Positions 9,095 to 17,478 of a DNA stretch of 22,570 nt are shown piece by piece. The translations under genes and the position numbers were made by a program. Location of the stretch: contig PSLL01000036.1 in assembly GCA_040289575.1 (NCBI GenBank), positions 1-22,570 of the forward strand, in the 5' to 3' direction. The notes below the pieces were generated by a model. It had not been told where the DNA came from. It ran no database searches and worked only from the letters and a program-made list of their open reading frames with translations. Source of the stretch: Candidatus Dadabacteria bacterium (GTDB taxonomy: Bacteria; Desulfobacterota_D; UBA1144; Nemesobacterales; CSP1-2). How positions within the stretch are numbered: position 1 is the stretch's first letter; each line of letters begins with the position of its first letter.

Positions 9095-9940
9095 ATGAAG
9101 GTAAACAGAAAGGTATTTGATGCTCATAGTCATATAGGCGAGTTGGCTGCATACAAGTTTTACGACCTTAAAGAACCCGTAAAGCCAACTGTAATAGAAT
9201 ACCCATCCTCAAAGGAATACATAAAGTACATGGACGAGTATGGGATAGATCGGGCGATGGTCATATCCAATTACGGCGTACCCGACTCAGGGCAGCCCTT
9301 TACGCTAAATCCCCTTGTGATTGATAGCGTCCATAAAGCCGACAGACTTATAGGGGCCATTTGGGTCTCAGGCATGCCAAAAGATAAGGAGCGAACAGAA
9401 GAAGCACTAAAGCACGTAAAAGAAAAAGGCATTGTGGCACTAAAAGCCACATGTCTTCTCGGCGGAACCTATAAGCCCGCAGAATGGGATGATACAACAA
9501 GGGGAATATGGAATAGCATTGTGAATGCGGCTGAGGCGAATAACCTCGTTCTCCATATCCACACAAGCCCCGGAGGAGGCTCCGATGTGGGAAACGCCTT
9601 TGAGTTTGTAAAGGAATATGGGAAGCGGATTAAGGTCCATATAGTCCATATGGGAGGCGGGGTGAGCGGCCACATAAGGCTTGTTCCCAAGTTCATTGAG
9701 TTGATAAAAGAGGGTTACCAGATCTATACGGATACCACTTGGGCTATTGGTTTTGGCTCACGGTGGCTGCTTCATGAGATTGAGCGCACGGGCATAGGTA
9801 CCGATAATGTACTCTTTGCCTCTGATACGCCTTGGGGAGACTTCCCCTCAGAGTATTGGAAGGTTGAGGGTGCAAAGATTTCAGAAGAGTTAAAAAATAA
9901 GATTTTTTGGGAAAATGCCCAGAGGCTTTATTCTAGATGA
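9095..9940 (+). CDS. Metal-dependent amidohydrolase (amidohydrolase_2-type TIM barrel)
   Basis: FDAHSH (HxH), LHIHT, IVHMG, LFASDTPW, KIFWENAQRLY; ATG 9095 follows AGGAGGT. Confidence 0.88.
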   Translation: MKVNRKVFDAHSHIGELAAYKFYDLKEPVKPTVIEYPSSKEYIKYMDEYGIDRAMVISNYGVPDSGQPFTLNPLVIDSVHKADRLIGAIWVSGMPKDKERTEEALKHVKEKGIVALKATCLLGGTYKPAEWDDTTRGIWNSIVNAAEANNLVLHIHTSPGGGSDVGNAFEFVKEYGKRIKVHIVHMGGGVSGHIRLVPKFIELIKEGYQIYTDTTWAIGFGSRWLLHEIERTGIGTDNVLFASDTPWGDFPSEYWKVEGAKISEELKNKIFWENAQRLYSR

Positions 9941-10042
9941 AAGTCAAGAAGGGAAATCAGAGAAGTTTCCACTGGCTTCTGGTTTGGTGTCTTAGGAATT
10001 GACCAAATTGAGTATAAAACCAAAACTAAGGAGGGAATAAAA

Positions 10043-10534
10043 ATGACAGTAGAAAGGGTAAAAGGAGAAAGACCGCAAAAGGGAAAGGCAATCGTTAATT
10101 ACGAGGAAAAGGTGTTCCCGGATCACAAGGCGAATCCCGGAGAAAAGGCGCTATTCCTTATCCACACTGTTCCGTATGAGGGTTCAGTGGCCGGTATCAA
10201 TATGCTGACAGCCATAAGATGCAAGAAAAAGGGATACGACGTAAGTGTCGTTTTCTATGGTCCGGCTTCTGCCATACCCGTATACAGAGGCTGGCCCAAT
10301 ATAGGAGACGACGGCTACGGTGCAGGGATACAGCTCTACCCCAATCTAGTCCAAAGAATGCTCAATGAAGGAATAAAGGTCTATGCGTGTCGCTTCTCAG
10401 CCGCCTGTCTCATAGGTGTAAGAGAAGAAGACATGTTAGAAGGTGTGAAGCCGATACATCCAACTGATATCCTGGATATAGTAATTGAACACCACAGGGC
10501 AGGTGCAATGATGTTTAGCACATGGACCGTGTAA
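10043..10534 (+). CDS. DsrE-like nitrogen-starvation protein, MSMEG_0572 / Sll0783 family (NitB-like)
   Basis: YEEKVFPD.KA.PGEKAL, HTVPYEGSV, VYACRF, C-terminal TWTV. Confidence 0.9.
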   Translation: MTVERVKGERPQKGKAIVNYEEKVFPDHKANPGEKALFLIHTVPYEGSVAGINMLTAIRCKKKGYDVSVVFYGPASAIPVYRGWPNIGDDGYGAGIQLYPNLVQRMLNEGIKVYACRFSAACLIGVREEDMLEGVKPIHPTDILDIVIEHHRAGAMMFSTWTV

Positions 10535-10571
10535 TGGATTAATCTGGATTAGCTCTAAGTGCTAGTTCTCA

Positions 10572-10623
10572 TAGGGGCAATCATTGGAGTTACCTATTAT
10601 GGATAACCCTAGATTTGCCCCTA
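10572..10623. repeat. Long REP-like intergenic hairpin
   Basis: TAGGGGCAA (10572-10580) / TTGCCCCTA (10615-10623) with an imperfect inner GTTACC/GGATAAC stem; a second imperfect hairpin lies at about 10652-10678. Confidence 0.55.
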
Positions 10624-10709
10624 CAGTTGAAATAGAGATTTGTGAGTTCAACTTTTTCCCCAAAATTGGGAGAGAGGGATTGAACGCATAGATAGATAAG
10701 GAGGGAATT

Positions 10710-11843
10710 ATGGATTCAAAGGCCCTGAAAGTAGAACTACAGAGTTACGGACTGAGGATTCCCGATACGAGAAATATAAGAAGAGGCGGAGCGGGGCCTA
10801 CCGGAGGAATCCATCTAAAGATTCTTCCCGACAGCGAAGGGAATATTCCGGTTGTCGGAGATTTTGTCCATTCCTCCCCATATTATCTCGATCAGATAAA
10901 CGGCGAATACTGGGTGTTCCGAGACGGCGTTGCTCTTAATCAGGTAGAGCTTATGGGGGCGGCTAAGTTTTACGAACACACAACATCAATGGGGGTGCCT
11001 ATGGGTAAGATCGGACTCCTCCACTGCCCGACGACATTTGCTACAACCCTCCTTCAGACATGCGTCTTTTGGGAAGATTCAAGGCGATGCAAGTTCTGCG
11101 GGATTGAACTTACGCTCAAAGACAGAAGCACAGTGGGATTTAAGGATCCCAAAAGCCTCGTTGAAACTATATCACGTGCAAAGGAGCTCGACGGTATCAA
11201 GAACATAGTTTTTACATCCGGAGTTGCAAAAGATGAGGAAAAGGCGCTGAAGAAATACGCCGAAATATGCTCGGAGGTAAAGGAGGCAACGGGTCTTCCG
11301 ATTCAGCTTCAGATAGTTCCTCCCGAGGACTTAGGTTGGCTTAAGAGGTTAAAAGACTGCGGCGTTGATGCGCTAGGGATTCATATTGAAACATTCGACC
11401 CGGGCGTGTTTGAGAAGATAACCCCGGGAAAGGCAAAAATCGGGTTCGATAGATATATAGGGGCGTGGAAAGAGGCCGTGAGTGTTTTTGGAAGATGGCA
11501 GGTTAGCACGTACGTCTTAGTAGGACTCGGAGAAAAACTAGAGACCATAATAAAAGGTGCTGCCCTTTGTGCCGATATTGGGGTTTATCCGTTTATCGTT
11601 CCATTTCGTCCAATTGCAGGAACACCTATGGAAAATGTAAAGCCTCCGGAGTCCCATGTGATGGAATATGTATATACCGAAGCCGCAAAGATACTCTCGA
11701 AATGCGATGGTGGCTCAAAGAGCAGCAAGGCGGGATGTGTAAGCTGTGGTGAGTGCTCAGCACTTCCCGATTTTGAAAGGGCATTGAATCCGGGGAATGT
11801 GAGATTTAAAAAATTCATCTCAAAATCGCATGGTGTCAACTGA
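10710..11843 (+). CDS. Radical SAM protein, MSMEG_0568 family (NitD-like)
   Basis: ELQSYGLR, RRGGAGP, ATTLLQTC-x8-CKFC, QVSTYVLVGLGE, YPFIVPFRPI.GT, C-terminal KAGCVSCGECS. Confidence 0.92.
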   Translation: MDSKALKVELQSYGLRIPDTRNIRRGGAGPTGGIHLKILPDSEGNIPVVGDFVHSSPYYLDQINGEYWVFRDGVALNQVELMGAAKFYEHTTSMGVPMGKIGLLHCPTTFATTLLQTCVFWEDSRRCKFCGIELTLKDRSTVGFKDPKSLVETISRAKELDGIKNIVFTSGVAKDEEKALKKYAEICSEVKEATGLPIQLQIVPPEDLGWLKRLKDCGVDALGIHIETFDPGVFEKITPGKAKIGFDRYIGAWKEAVSVFGRWQVSTYVLVGLGEKLETIIKGAALCADIGVYPFIVPFRPIAGTPMENVKPPESHVMEYVYTEAAKILSKCDGGSKSSKAGCVSCGECSALPDFERALNPGNVRFKKFISKSHGVN

Positions 11844-11888
11844 TTTGTAAAGAGGATGAGGTCTTAGCTCAAGTGAGGTGAGGTTAAT

Positions 11889-13238
11889 ATGACTCAAAAT
11901 AATCTGCGTATCATTGTAATAGGAGGAGGTGCTGCAGGAATTTCGGCGGCATCAACGGCAAGGGCTGTCGCTCCGGATGCTCACGTAACCCTTTTCACAG
12001 AATATGAAGACGTAGCATACAGCCCCTGCGGCATTCCATTTGTTCACGGTAGGGAGATCCCAGACTTCAAGAGCTTATTCCTTCAAACCCCTGAGCACTA
12101 TGCCGAGATTGGAATTGATTTAAGACTCCAAACAACCGTTACGAGGATTGATCTGAACAACCGTACAGTAAACGTCGGCTCTCAGGTGTTTGAGTGGGAT
12201 CGCCTTGTTATTGCTACAGGGTTTGAATACGAAAAACCCAATATCCCGGGAATTGATTTGGAAGGAATTCATTATGTTAAAAACATACGCCGTGCAATGG
12301 AGTTTGATAAAATTCTCGACCAGATAAAAAGGGTTGTCGTCGTATCGGCAACGCCGCTTGGAATCGAGATGACGGGGAATCTCGCGCACAGGGGGCTTGA
12401 AACCCATCTCGTAGATGAAGGAGCATGGCTTATGTCTGAGGTTGCTGATCCGGACATTATGCAGCCGGTTCAGAAGTCCCTTGAGGAATTTGGGGCAAAG
12501 ATTCATCTTGGAACAAAGGTTCTCGGGTTTAATGGCTCAGACGGGAATGTAAAATCCGTAGTCACAACAGAAGGGGAAATCCCCTGCGATGTGGCTGTGA
12601 TTGCCACGCATAAAAAGCCAAATAACCGCCTCTCGCGCGAAGCAGGATTAAAGATTGGAGCGACCGGCGGAATCATCGTGGACGACCACATGAGAACATC
12701 CGCAAAGGATGTTTATGCGGCCGGAGACTGCATAGAGGTTATTCACGGTGTAACAGATGTTCCCATTCAGGGGCTTTCAGGAAGCCATGCCTACTCTCAG
12801 GGAAGGGTTGCAGGAGCCAATGCCGCGGGCGACGAACGCGCTTATGACCCCGTGTATGTCCCCTGGGGAATGGTAGGCGGAAGGGTTCAGATCGGCGGGG
12901 TTTCATTTGGAGAGACACTAAATAAGGCTCTGGGGATTCCCCATATAGTTGCCGCCGCCCAGGGAATTTCGAGAGCAAGATACTATCCCGGAGTAAGCAG
13001 GATTCTTGTAAAGCTCATTGCCGACCCGAAGACACTTCGTGTGATGGGTGCTCAGATGGCGGGCGGTGAAGGGATTAAAGAAAGGGCAGATTTTCTCGCA
13101 TTTGCAATAAAGCGTGGGGCTACGCTTAATGATTTTGCATGGATGGAGAATGTCTATTCTCCTCCAATCGGAGCCTTAATGGAGCCTATTGCTCTAGCCG
13201 CTCAGGCAGGATTGGCAGAGTTGGCAAAAAGGAAATAA
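11889..13238 (+). CDS. FAD-dependent oxidoreductase, CoA-disulfide reductase / NADH oxidase family
   Basis: IGGGAAG FAD motif, AYSPCGIP single redox Cys, VYAAGD, C-terminal YSPP dimerisation motif. Confidence 0.85.
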   Translation: MTQNNLRIIVIGGGAAGISAASTARAVAPDAHVTLFTEYEDVAYSPCGIPFVHGREIPDFKSLFLQTPEHYAEIGIDLRLQTTVTRIDLNNRTVNVGSQVFEWDRLVIATGFEYEKPNIPGIDLEGIHYVKNIRRAMEFDKILDQIKRVVVVSATPLGIEMTGNLAHRGLETHLVDEGAWLMSEVADPDIMQPVQKSLEEFGAKIHLGTKVLGFNGSDGNVKSVVTTEGEIPCDVAVIATHKKPNNRLSREAGLKIGATGGIIVDDHMRTSAKDVYAAGDCIEVIHGVTDVPIQGLSGSHAYSQGRVAGANAAGDERAYDPVYVPWGMVGGRVQIGGVSFGETLNKALGIPHIVAAAQGISRARYYPGVSRILVKLIADPKTLRVMGAQMAGGEGIKERADFLAFAIKRGATLNDFAWMENVYSPPIGALMEPIALAAQAGLAELAKRK

Positions 13239-13912
13239 TGACGATATATATAAAATTATCAGTAAAAGGTCAATTTGATTACTCCTTCCTACAGAAGGCC
13301 CAGACTTCTGGGCTCTACAAAAAAGCACTTTTACTGTTCTATTTCACATTAGGATACAATATACTAGAAGGATTAGCATCAATTTTTACGGGTTTATCAA
13401 CCGATAGCATTGCCCTATTTGGGTTTGGACTGGACAGTTTTATAGAATCTCTTTCAGCAGGTGTGATGGTTTGGCGATTCAGAAAACATGAAAAAATATC
13501 AAAAGAGGAAGAAGAAAGGATAGAGGCAAAGGCTATAAGACTGATCGCTTACGCTTTTTTTATTCTCGGAGCTTACGTTTTATATGAATCTACAAAAAAC
13601 CTATACTTTTGCGAGATCTCAGATCCAAGTCTCTTGGGAATAATTATCGCCATTGCCTCTATTATAGTAATGCCGATTTTGTTTTATATGAAATATCGAA
13701 CTGGAAAATCAATAGATAGTAGAAGCTTGGTAATGGACTCAAAGCAGACACTCGCTTGTGTATCGCTGTCCGTTGCCTTGTTAATTGGATTGGGGCTTAA
13801 TTATTTTTACAAACTGTGGTGGGCAGATCCAATTATCGGTTTAATTATTGCAACCTTCCTGATAAAAGAGGGCTATGGTGCTCTAAATGAAGAGAAATTA
13901 TGTAGTTGCTGA
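13238..13912 (+). CDS. Cation diffusion facilitator-like transporter (transmembrane domain only)
   Basis: YNILEG, SIAL.GFGLDSFIE, SRSLVMDS.QT, WWADP; TAATG stop/start overlap with the upstream gene. Confidence 0.85.
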   Translation: MTIYIKLSVKGQFDYSFLQKAQTSGLYKKALLLFYFTLGYNILEGLASIFTGLSTDSIALFGFGLDSFIESLSAGVMVWRFRKHEKISKEEEERIEAKAIRLIAYAFFILGAYVLYESTKNLYFCEISDPSLLGIIIAIASIIVMPILFYMKYRTGKSIDSRSLVMDSKQTLACVSLSVALLIGLGLNYFYKLWWADPIIGLIIATFLIKEGYGALNEEKLCSC

Positions 13913-13988
13913 CCTCTCATTATAAGAATGCATATAATAACAAAAAACTCGAATCTCTATTGGTGATTGAAATAAAAGGAAATTTGAA

Positions 13989-14255
13989 ATGTCAGAGAAA
14001 AAGTCATTTGGCGAGTGGTTAAGAGAAAACGCCCAAAAATACCTGCTCGAAGCCGCTGCCGATGAGATGGCAACCCGTTACCCTGATTTCTGTGCGAAGC
14101 CCTATAGAGAAAAAGGACTCATTCCGTTTTTCTGGCGGAATATATTTGTTCCAATTTATTCAAGAATTCCCTGGGGCGTTCGCAGAAAGGTGATCCTCCT
14201 CAGCTCATATCCAACTGGAGAGCGCCCGCATTGGAAAAGATTTGGACAAGGGTGA
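13989..14255 (+). CDS. Small hypothetical protein (88 aa) within the cluster
   Basis: ATG ORF with AAGGA SD, co-oriented, fills the gap between neighbours. Confidence 0.7.
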   Translation: MSEKKSFGEWLRENAQKYLLEAAADEMATRYPDFCAKPYREKGLIPFFWRNIFVPIYSRIPWGVRRKVILLSSYPTGERPHWKRFGQG

Positions 14256-14265
14256 TTCCCTCTTC

Positions 14266-15276
14266 ATGGCTATAAACAAGGAAATCCATTTCAACTCGCT
14301 AATAGCTAAATCTATTGGATATAAGGTGCTAGAAGCACTAAGCGATTCTAAGAAACCTAAAGTGCATAGTGTCTTCGACCATGCATTCTATATACAATCC
14401 AGGGGTAAATCCCTAATTAGTGTAATTAAAAACGAGAACTATATCAGTCCCGCATCCATATTGATAAAAGACTTTGGGAATAAAAGCTTTAAATCAATTG
14501 GCGTTGTGGAAGGAATGAAAGTAAAATTCGATAAACGCACCCTGACACTCGGAGATAATATAATTGCTATTAAATTGGCAAAAACCTCCAACTGGACTAT
14601 ACCCCTATCTCCTAAAACCCCTTTTATAAGCCCAACTGGCATAAGCCTAAATCTCAGGGTACTCAGAGACATAATCTATGCGTGTCCCAGCAGAGAAGGG
14701 CTTGTCCCAATCCTAGAGAATGTGGAATTATACGGCCCGCTTAAATTCTTCCTTCAACCGCAAAAGCCCACATTTTCGGAAAGGGCAAGGCCCTATATTG
14801 ATATGCTTATGCGTGGGCTGTTTAGATGCGACTCTTATATGATCATAAATGGGGCTTTATCTATCGTTGGGCTTGGCCCCGGACTTACTCCTTCATGCGA
14901 TGACTTTTTATATGGCTTAATACTGAGCCTGAATGTATGTGGAAACACACTAATTAAAGATAGAAAAAAACAGGTCGGCTTCTACAGAAGAGTCTCTTCT
15001 GAGATCTGTCGGATGACAAAAGGAAAAACCACAATATACAGCCAGAGCCTTTTAGATCAAGCCCGACGCGGTGAGGGACATAAGTCCGTGATTGAATTGA
15101 TCCACAGCCTCATCACAAAAGACCCAGACCAAGTTGCTTCTGTCTCAAAGACAGTAATAGAGATGGGAGAGACTTCAGGAGCCGATATCGCAATTGGCAT
15201 CTATTATGGGATTCGATTTCTAGTTTCACAGATGGAGATGAAAAGCATAGAAGATTTAATAGATGAAATCACTTAA
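14266..15276 (+). CDS. DUF2877 protein (YlbF/AllH-like)
   Basis: VHSVF, GLGPGLTPSCDDFLYG, T..YS..LL..A..G, GETSGADIAIG; alternative TTG start at 14242. Confidence 0.85.
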   Translation: MAINKEIHFNSLIAKSIGYKVLEALSDSKKPKVHSVFDHAFYIQSRGKSLISVIKNENYISPASILIKDFGNKSFKSIGVVEGMKVKFDKRTLTLGDNIIAIKLAKTSNWTIPLSPKTPFISPTGISLNLRVLRDIIYACPSREGLVPILENVELYGPLKFFLQPQKPTFSERARPYIDMLMRGLFRCDSYMIINGALSIVGLGPGLTPSCDDFLYGLILSLNVCGNTLIKDRKKQVGFYRRVSSEICRMTKGKTTIYSQSLLDQARRGEGHKSVIELIHSLITKDPDQVASVSKTVIEMGETSGADIAIGIYYGIRFLVSQMEMKSIEDLIDEIT

Positions 15277-16423
15277 GATCGCACTCCTTACCTATTCGAC
15301 AAAGCCAAGGGGCGGTGTGGTTCACACACTAAATCTGGCTGAGGAATTATTCCGCCTTAAGCACCAGGTTCATTTATATGCCCTGAGCTCAGGAGGAGGT
15401 TTTTTTAGAACTGTAAGCGTCCCGCATACCCTTATCCTCTGTCCTACTCCTCGTGAAGAAACCATAGATGAAAAGGTGGAGAGGTATATAAACACATATT
15501 CTGATTTCCTGGTCTCCGCATCGAGAGATTATGACATATATCACGCCGAGGATTGCGTCTCTGCAAACGCCCTTCTCAATTTGCGCAATCGGGGCTTAAT
15601 AAAATCCTTCGTTAGAACCGTTCATCACATAGATGACTTTACATCCCAGTCTCTAATTGACTGTCAAATCAGAAGCATCGTGGAGCCGGATTACTTAATC
15701 ACTGTCAGCAAGTTTTGGGAAAAAGAACTCCGCTTTCGGTATTCATTAAGTCCTACTGTCATTCATAACGGCGTGGATGTGGAGAGATTCAGAATTCAAG
15801 AAGGATTTTCAAAAGAAAAAACCAGGGAGTCTTTTTCCGTAAGCGGATGTAATGTAATTCTAAGTATCGGTGGAATTGAGCCTCGAAAAAATACATTGAC
15901 CTCCCTCAGGGCATTTAAAATCGCAAGTCAATATTTTAAAACAAAAGGCGAGCGTCTTGTATGGCTAATTGGAGGTGGCGAGACACTATTTGATTACAGG
16001 GCATATCGCGAAGAATTCTTCTCCGAGATCGAGAATATAGGATTAAAACTAAATGAAGACATAATCCTCCTCGGTGCTGTCCCTGATGATTCCATGCCCA
16101 ATCTCTATAGAGCGGCGGATGTACTTGTCTTTCCTTCCGTTAAAGAGGGATGGGGGCTTGTTGTGCTTGAAGCCATGGCATCGGGGCTTCCCGTAATCAC
16201 CTCCGGCCTAGAACCCTTAACGGAGTATCTGAAAGACAGGGAAAATGCTCTACTCATTTCTCCCATGGACTATAAAGCTTTGGCTCAGCAGATTATCAGT
16301 GTTATAGAAAGCGATGAGCTTCGGGATAAACTTACGAGAAACGGAAGAAAAACGGCGCAGGCTTATAGTTGGCGGAATACGGCGTTAAGACACTCAGAGT
16401 TTTATAGTAGAATTTTAGGCTGA
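15263..16423 (+). CDS. GT4 glycosyltransferase, MSMEG_0565 family
   Basis: IALLTYSTKPRGGVVH, RTVHHID.F, GGIEPRKN, FPSVKEGWGLVVLEAMASGLP. Confidence 0.9.
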   Translation: MKSLKIALLTYSTKPRGGVVHTLNLAEELFRLKHQVHLYALSSGGGFFRTVSVPHTLILCPTPREETIDEKVERYINTYSDFLVSASRDYDIYHAEDCVSANALLNLRNRGLIKSFVRTVHHIDDFTSQSLIDCQIRSIVEPDYLITVSKFWEKELRFRYSLSPTVIHNGVDVERFRIQEGFSKEKTRESFSVSGCNVILSIGGIEPRKNTLTSLRAFKIASQYFKTKGERLVWLIGGGETLFDYRAYREEFFSEIENIGLKLNEDIILLGAVPDDSMPNLYRAADVLVFPSVKEGWGLVVLEAMASGLPVITSGLEPLTEYLKDRENALLISPMDYKALAQQIISVIESDELRDKLTRNGRKTAQAYSWRNTALRHSEFYSRILG

Positions 16424-16475
16424 TTAATCTCTTCAGATTTAGGGTGATATAAACAGCGGAGCTTCGATTCGGTAT

Positions 16476-16952
16476 CTAGGTGAGTTTTGCACGGAAGCTC
16501 AAGTTGACTTCCCAAGTCTGGCCAAGGGACTCCACTTCGCCTCCTGTCGAGAGCCTACCTCGCACCTTGCCCTGCTCGATATGAAAGCCCTCTACCTTGA
16601 GTTCGCCAAGAGAGCTAAACGGCGTCTTTTTATGTGCCGTGTGTGCTACTTCAGTGCCAATGAGATGCCCAGAGCGTGTGAAAGTTACAATAAGGGCGCT
16701 GCCGAACTTGCCAAAGGAGGCCATGATTTCAGGGTGCTGTTCGCCACCTGTATTCCTTTCAGTGAGTACGACAATAACTGTCTCCTTACCTGAGAACGGC
16801 TCTCCGGCATGTGCGGTGGCGAAGGCGAGGTGGGCATCCTTACCATTCCCGCGAAATATATCAGTTACAGACCGCTCTGCAGCCGTGAGGGTTACTAGAC
16901 CAGGGAGACAGACACAAGCCAATATTAGGGTACAAAAAATAGGATAAACCAT
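16476..16952 (-). CDS. Hypothetical exported protein
   Basis: ATG 16952 after a GAGG SD gives a signal-peptide-like N-terminus; the ORF track starts at 16985. Confidence 0.65.
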   Translation of the reverse strand: MVYPIFCTLILACVCLPGLVTLTAAERSVTDIFRGNGKDAHLAFATAHAGEPFSGKETVIVVLTERNTGGEQHPEIMASFGKFGSALIVTFTRSGHLIGTEVAHTAHKKTPFSSLGELKVEGFHIEQGKVRGRLSTGGEVESLGQTWEVNLSFRAKLT

Positions 16953-17020
16953 GAAGATTTCCTCTTTTATATGTATATGGCTCATGTTAATTACTGTGCA
17001 ATCCTCAATTCTTTTGTGAA

Positions 17021-17049
17021 AATATACTTACAGGTCTTCCCGAAGTCAA
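17021..17049 (-). promoter_or_regulatory. sigma70-type promoter for the exported hypothetical protein
   Basis: Minus strand TTGACT - 17 bp - TATATT. Confidence 0.55.
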
Positions 17050-17101
17050 TGGATTAGGAAGAAATTATGGAGCCAAACGGTTGGGAGACTAGAACATATA
17101 C

Positions 17102-17416
17102 CTAATCCTCGTGCGCTTCGAGGCAGGTGACACCTTCGGGGCCAACGCGTGCGGCATGAATGGTACCGCGTGGCAAATCCAGACGATCACCAGCACGTGT
17201 TTCAATTTCCTGATTCATCTGTGGTAGTACCCAAATAATCGAGCCGCGAAGAACATATATTACCTTATCGTATGGATGGGTATGGGCCGCGTATGTATCG
17301 CCGGGCGCATTAGACCAGGCGTATAGAGATAGACCTTCGCGGAGAAAGCACTCACTTAGTGTACGCTCATCTGGCGGCTCAGACTTCTCCCAACGTTGGA
17401 TTTTCAACTCTGTCAT
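17102..17416 (-). CDS. Small cupin-domain protein
   Basis: WSNAPG..YAAHTH.YDKVIYVLRGSI, GDRLDLPRGT.H.A.VG; ATG 17416 preferred over GTG 17446. Confidence 0.82.
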   Translation of the reverse strand: MTELKIQRWEKSEPPDERTLSECFLREGLSLYAWSNAPGDTYAAHTHPYDKVIYVLRGSIIWVLPQMNQEIETRAGDRLDLPRGTIHAARVGPEGVTCLEAHED

Positions 17417-17478
17417 TAATAGACATTTTATCGGTTGTAGGGACACTTTGCAAAGTGTCCCTACATTTTGGTTAGAAG

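Noticed and set aside
13139..13237. N-terminal extension of the CDF ORF
   Set aside because: Overlaps the flavoprotein gene by about 100 bp; ATG 13238 with a TAATG overlap is more plausible
3462..13912. Selenoprotein system suggested by the SelD-like fold and several TGA stops
   Set aside because: The TGA codons fall at the expected family C-termini, no gene appears interrupted at a Cys position, and no SelD N-terminal Cys/Sec-x-x-Lys motif is seen
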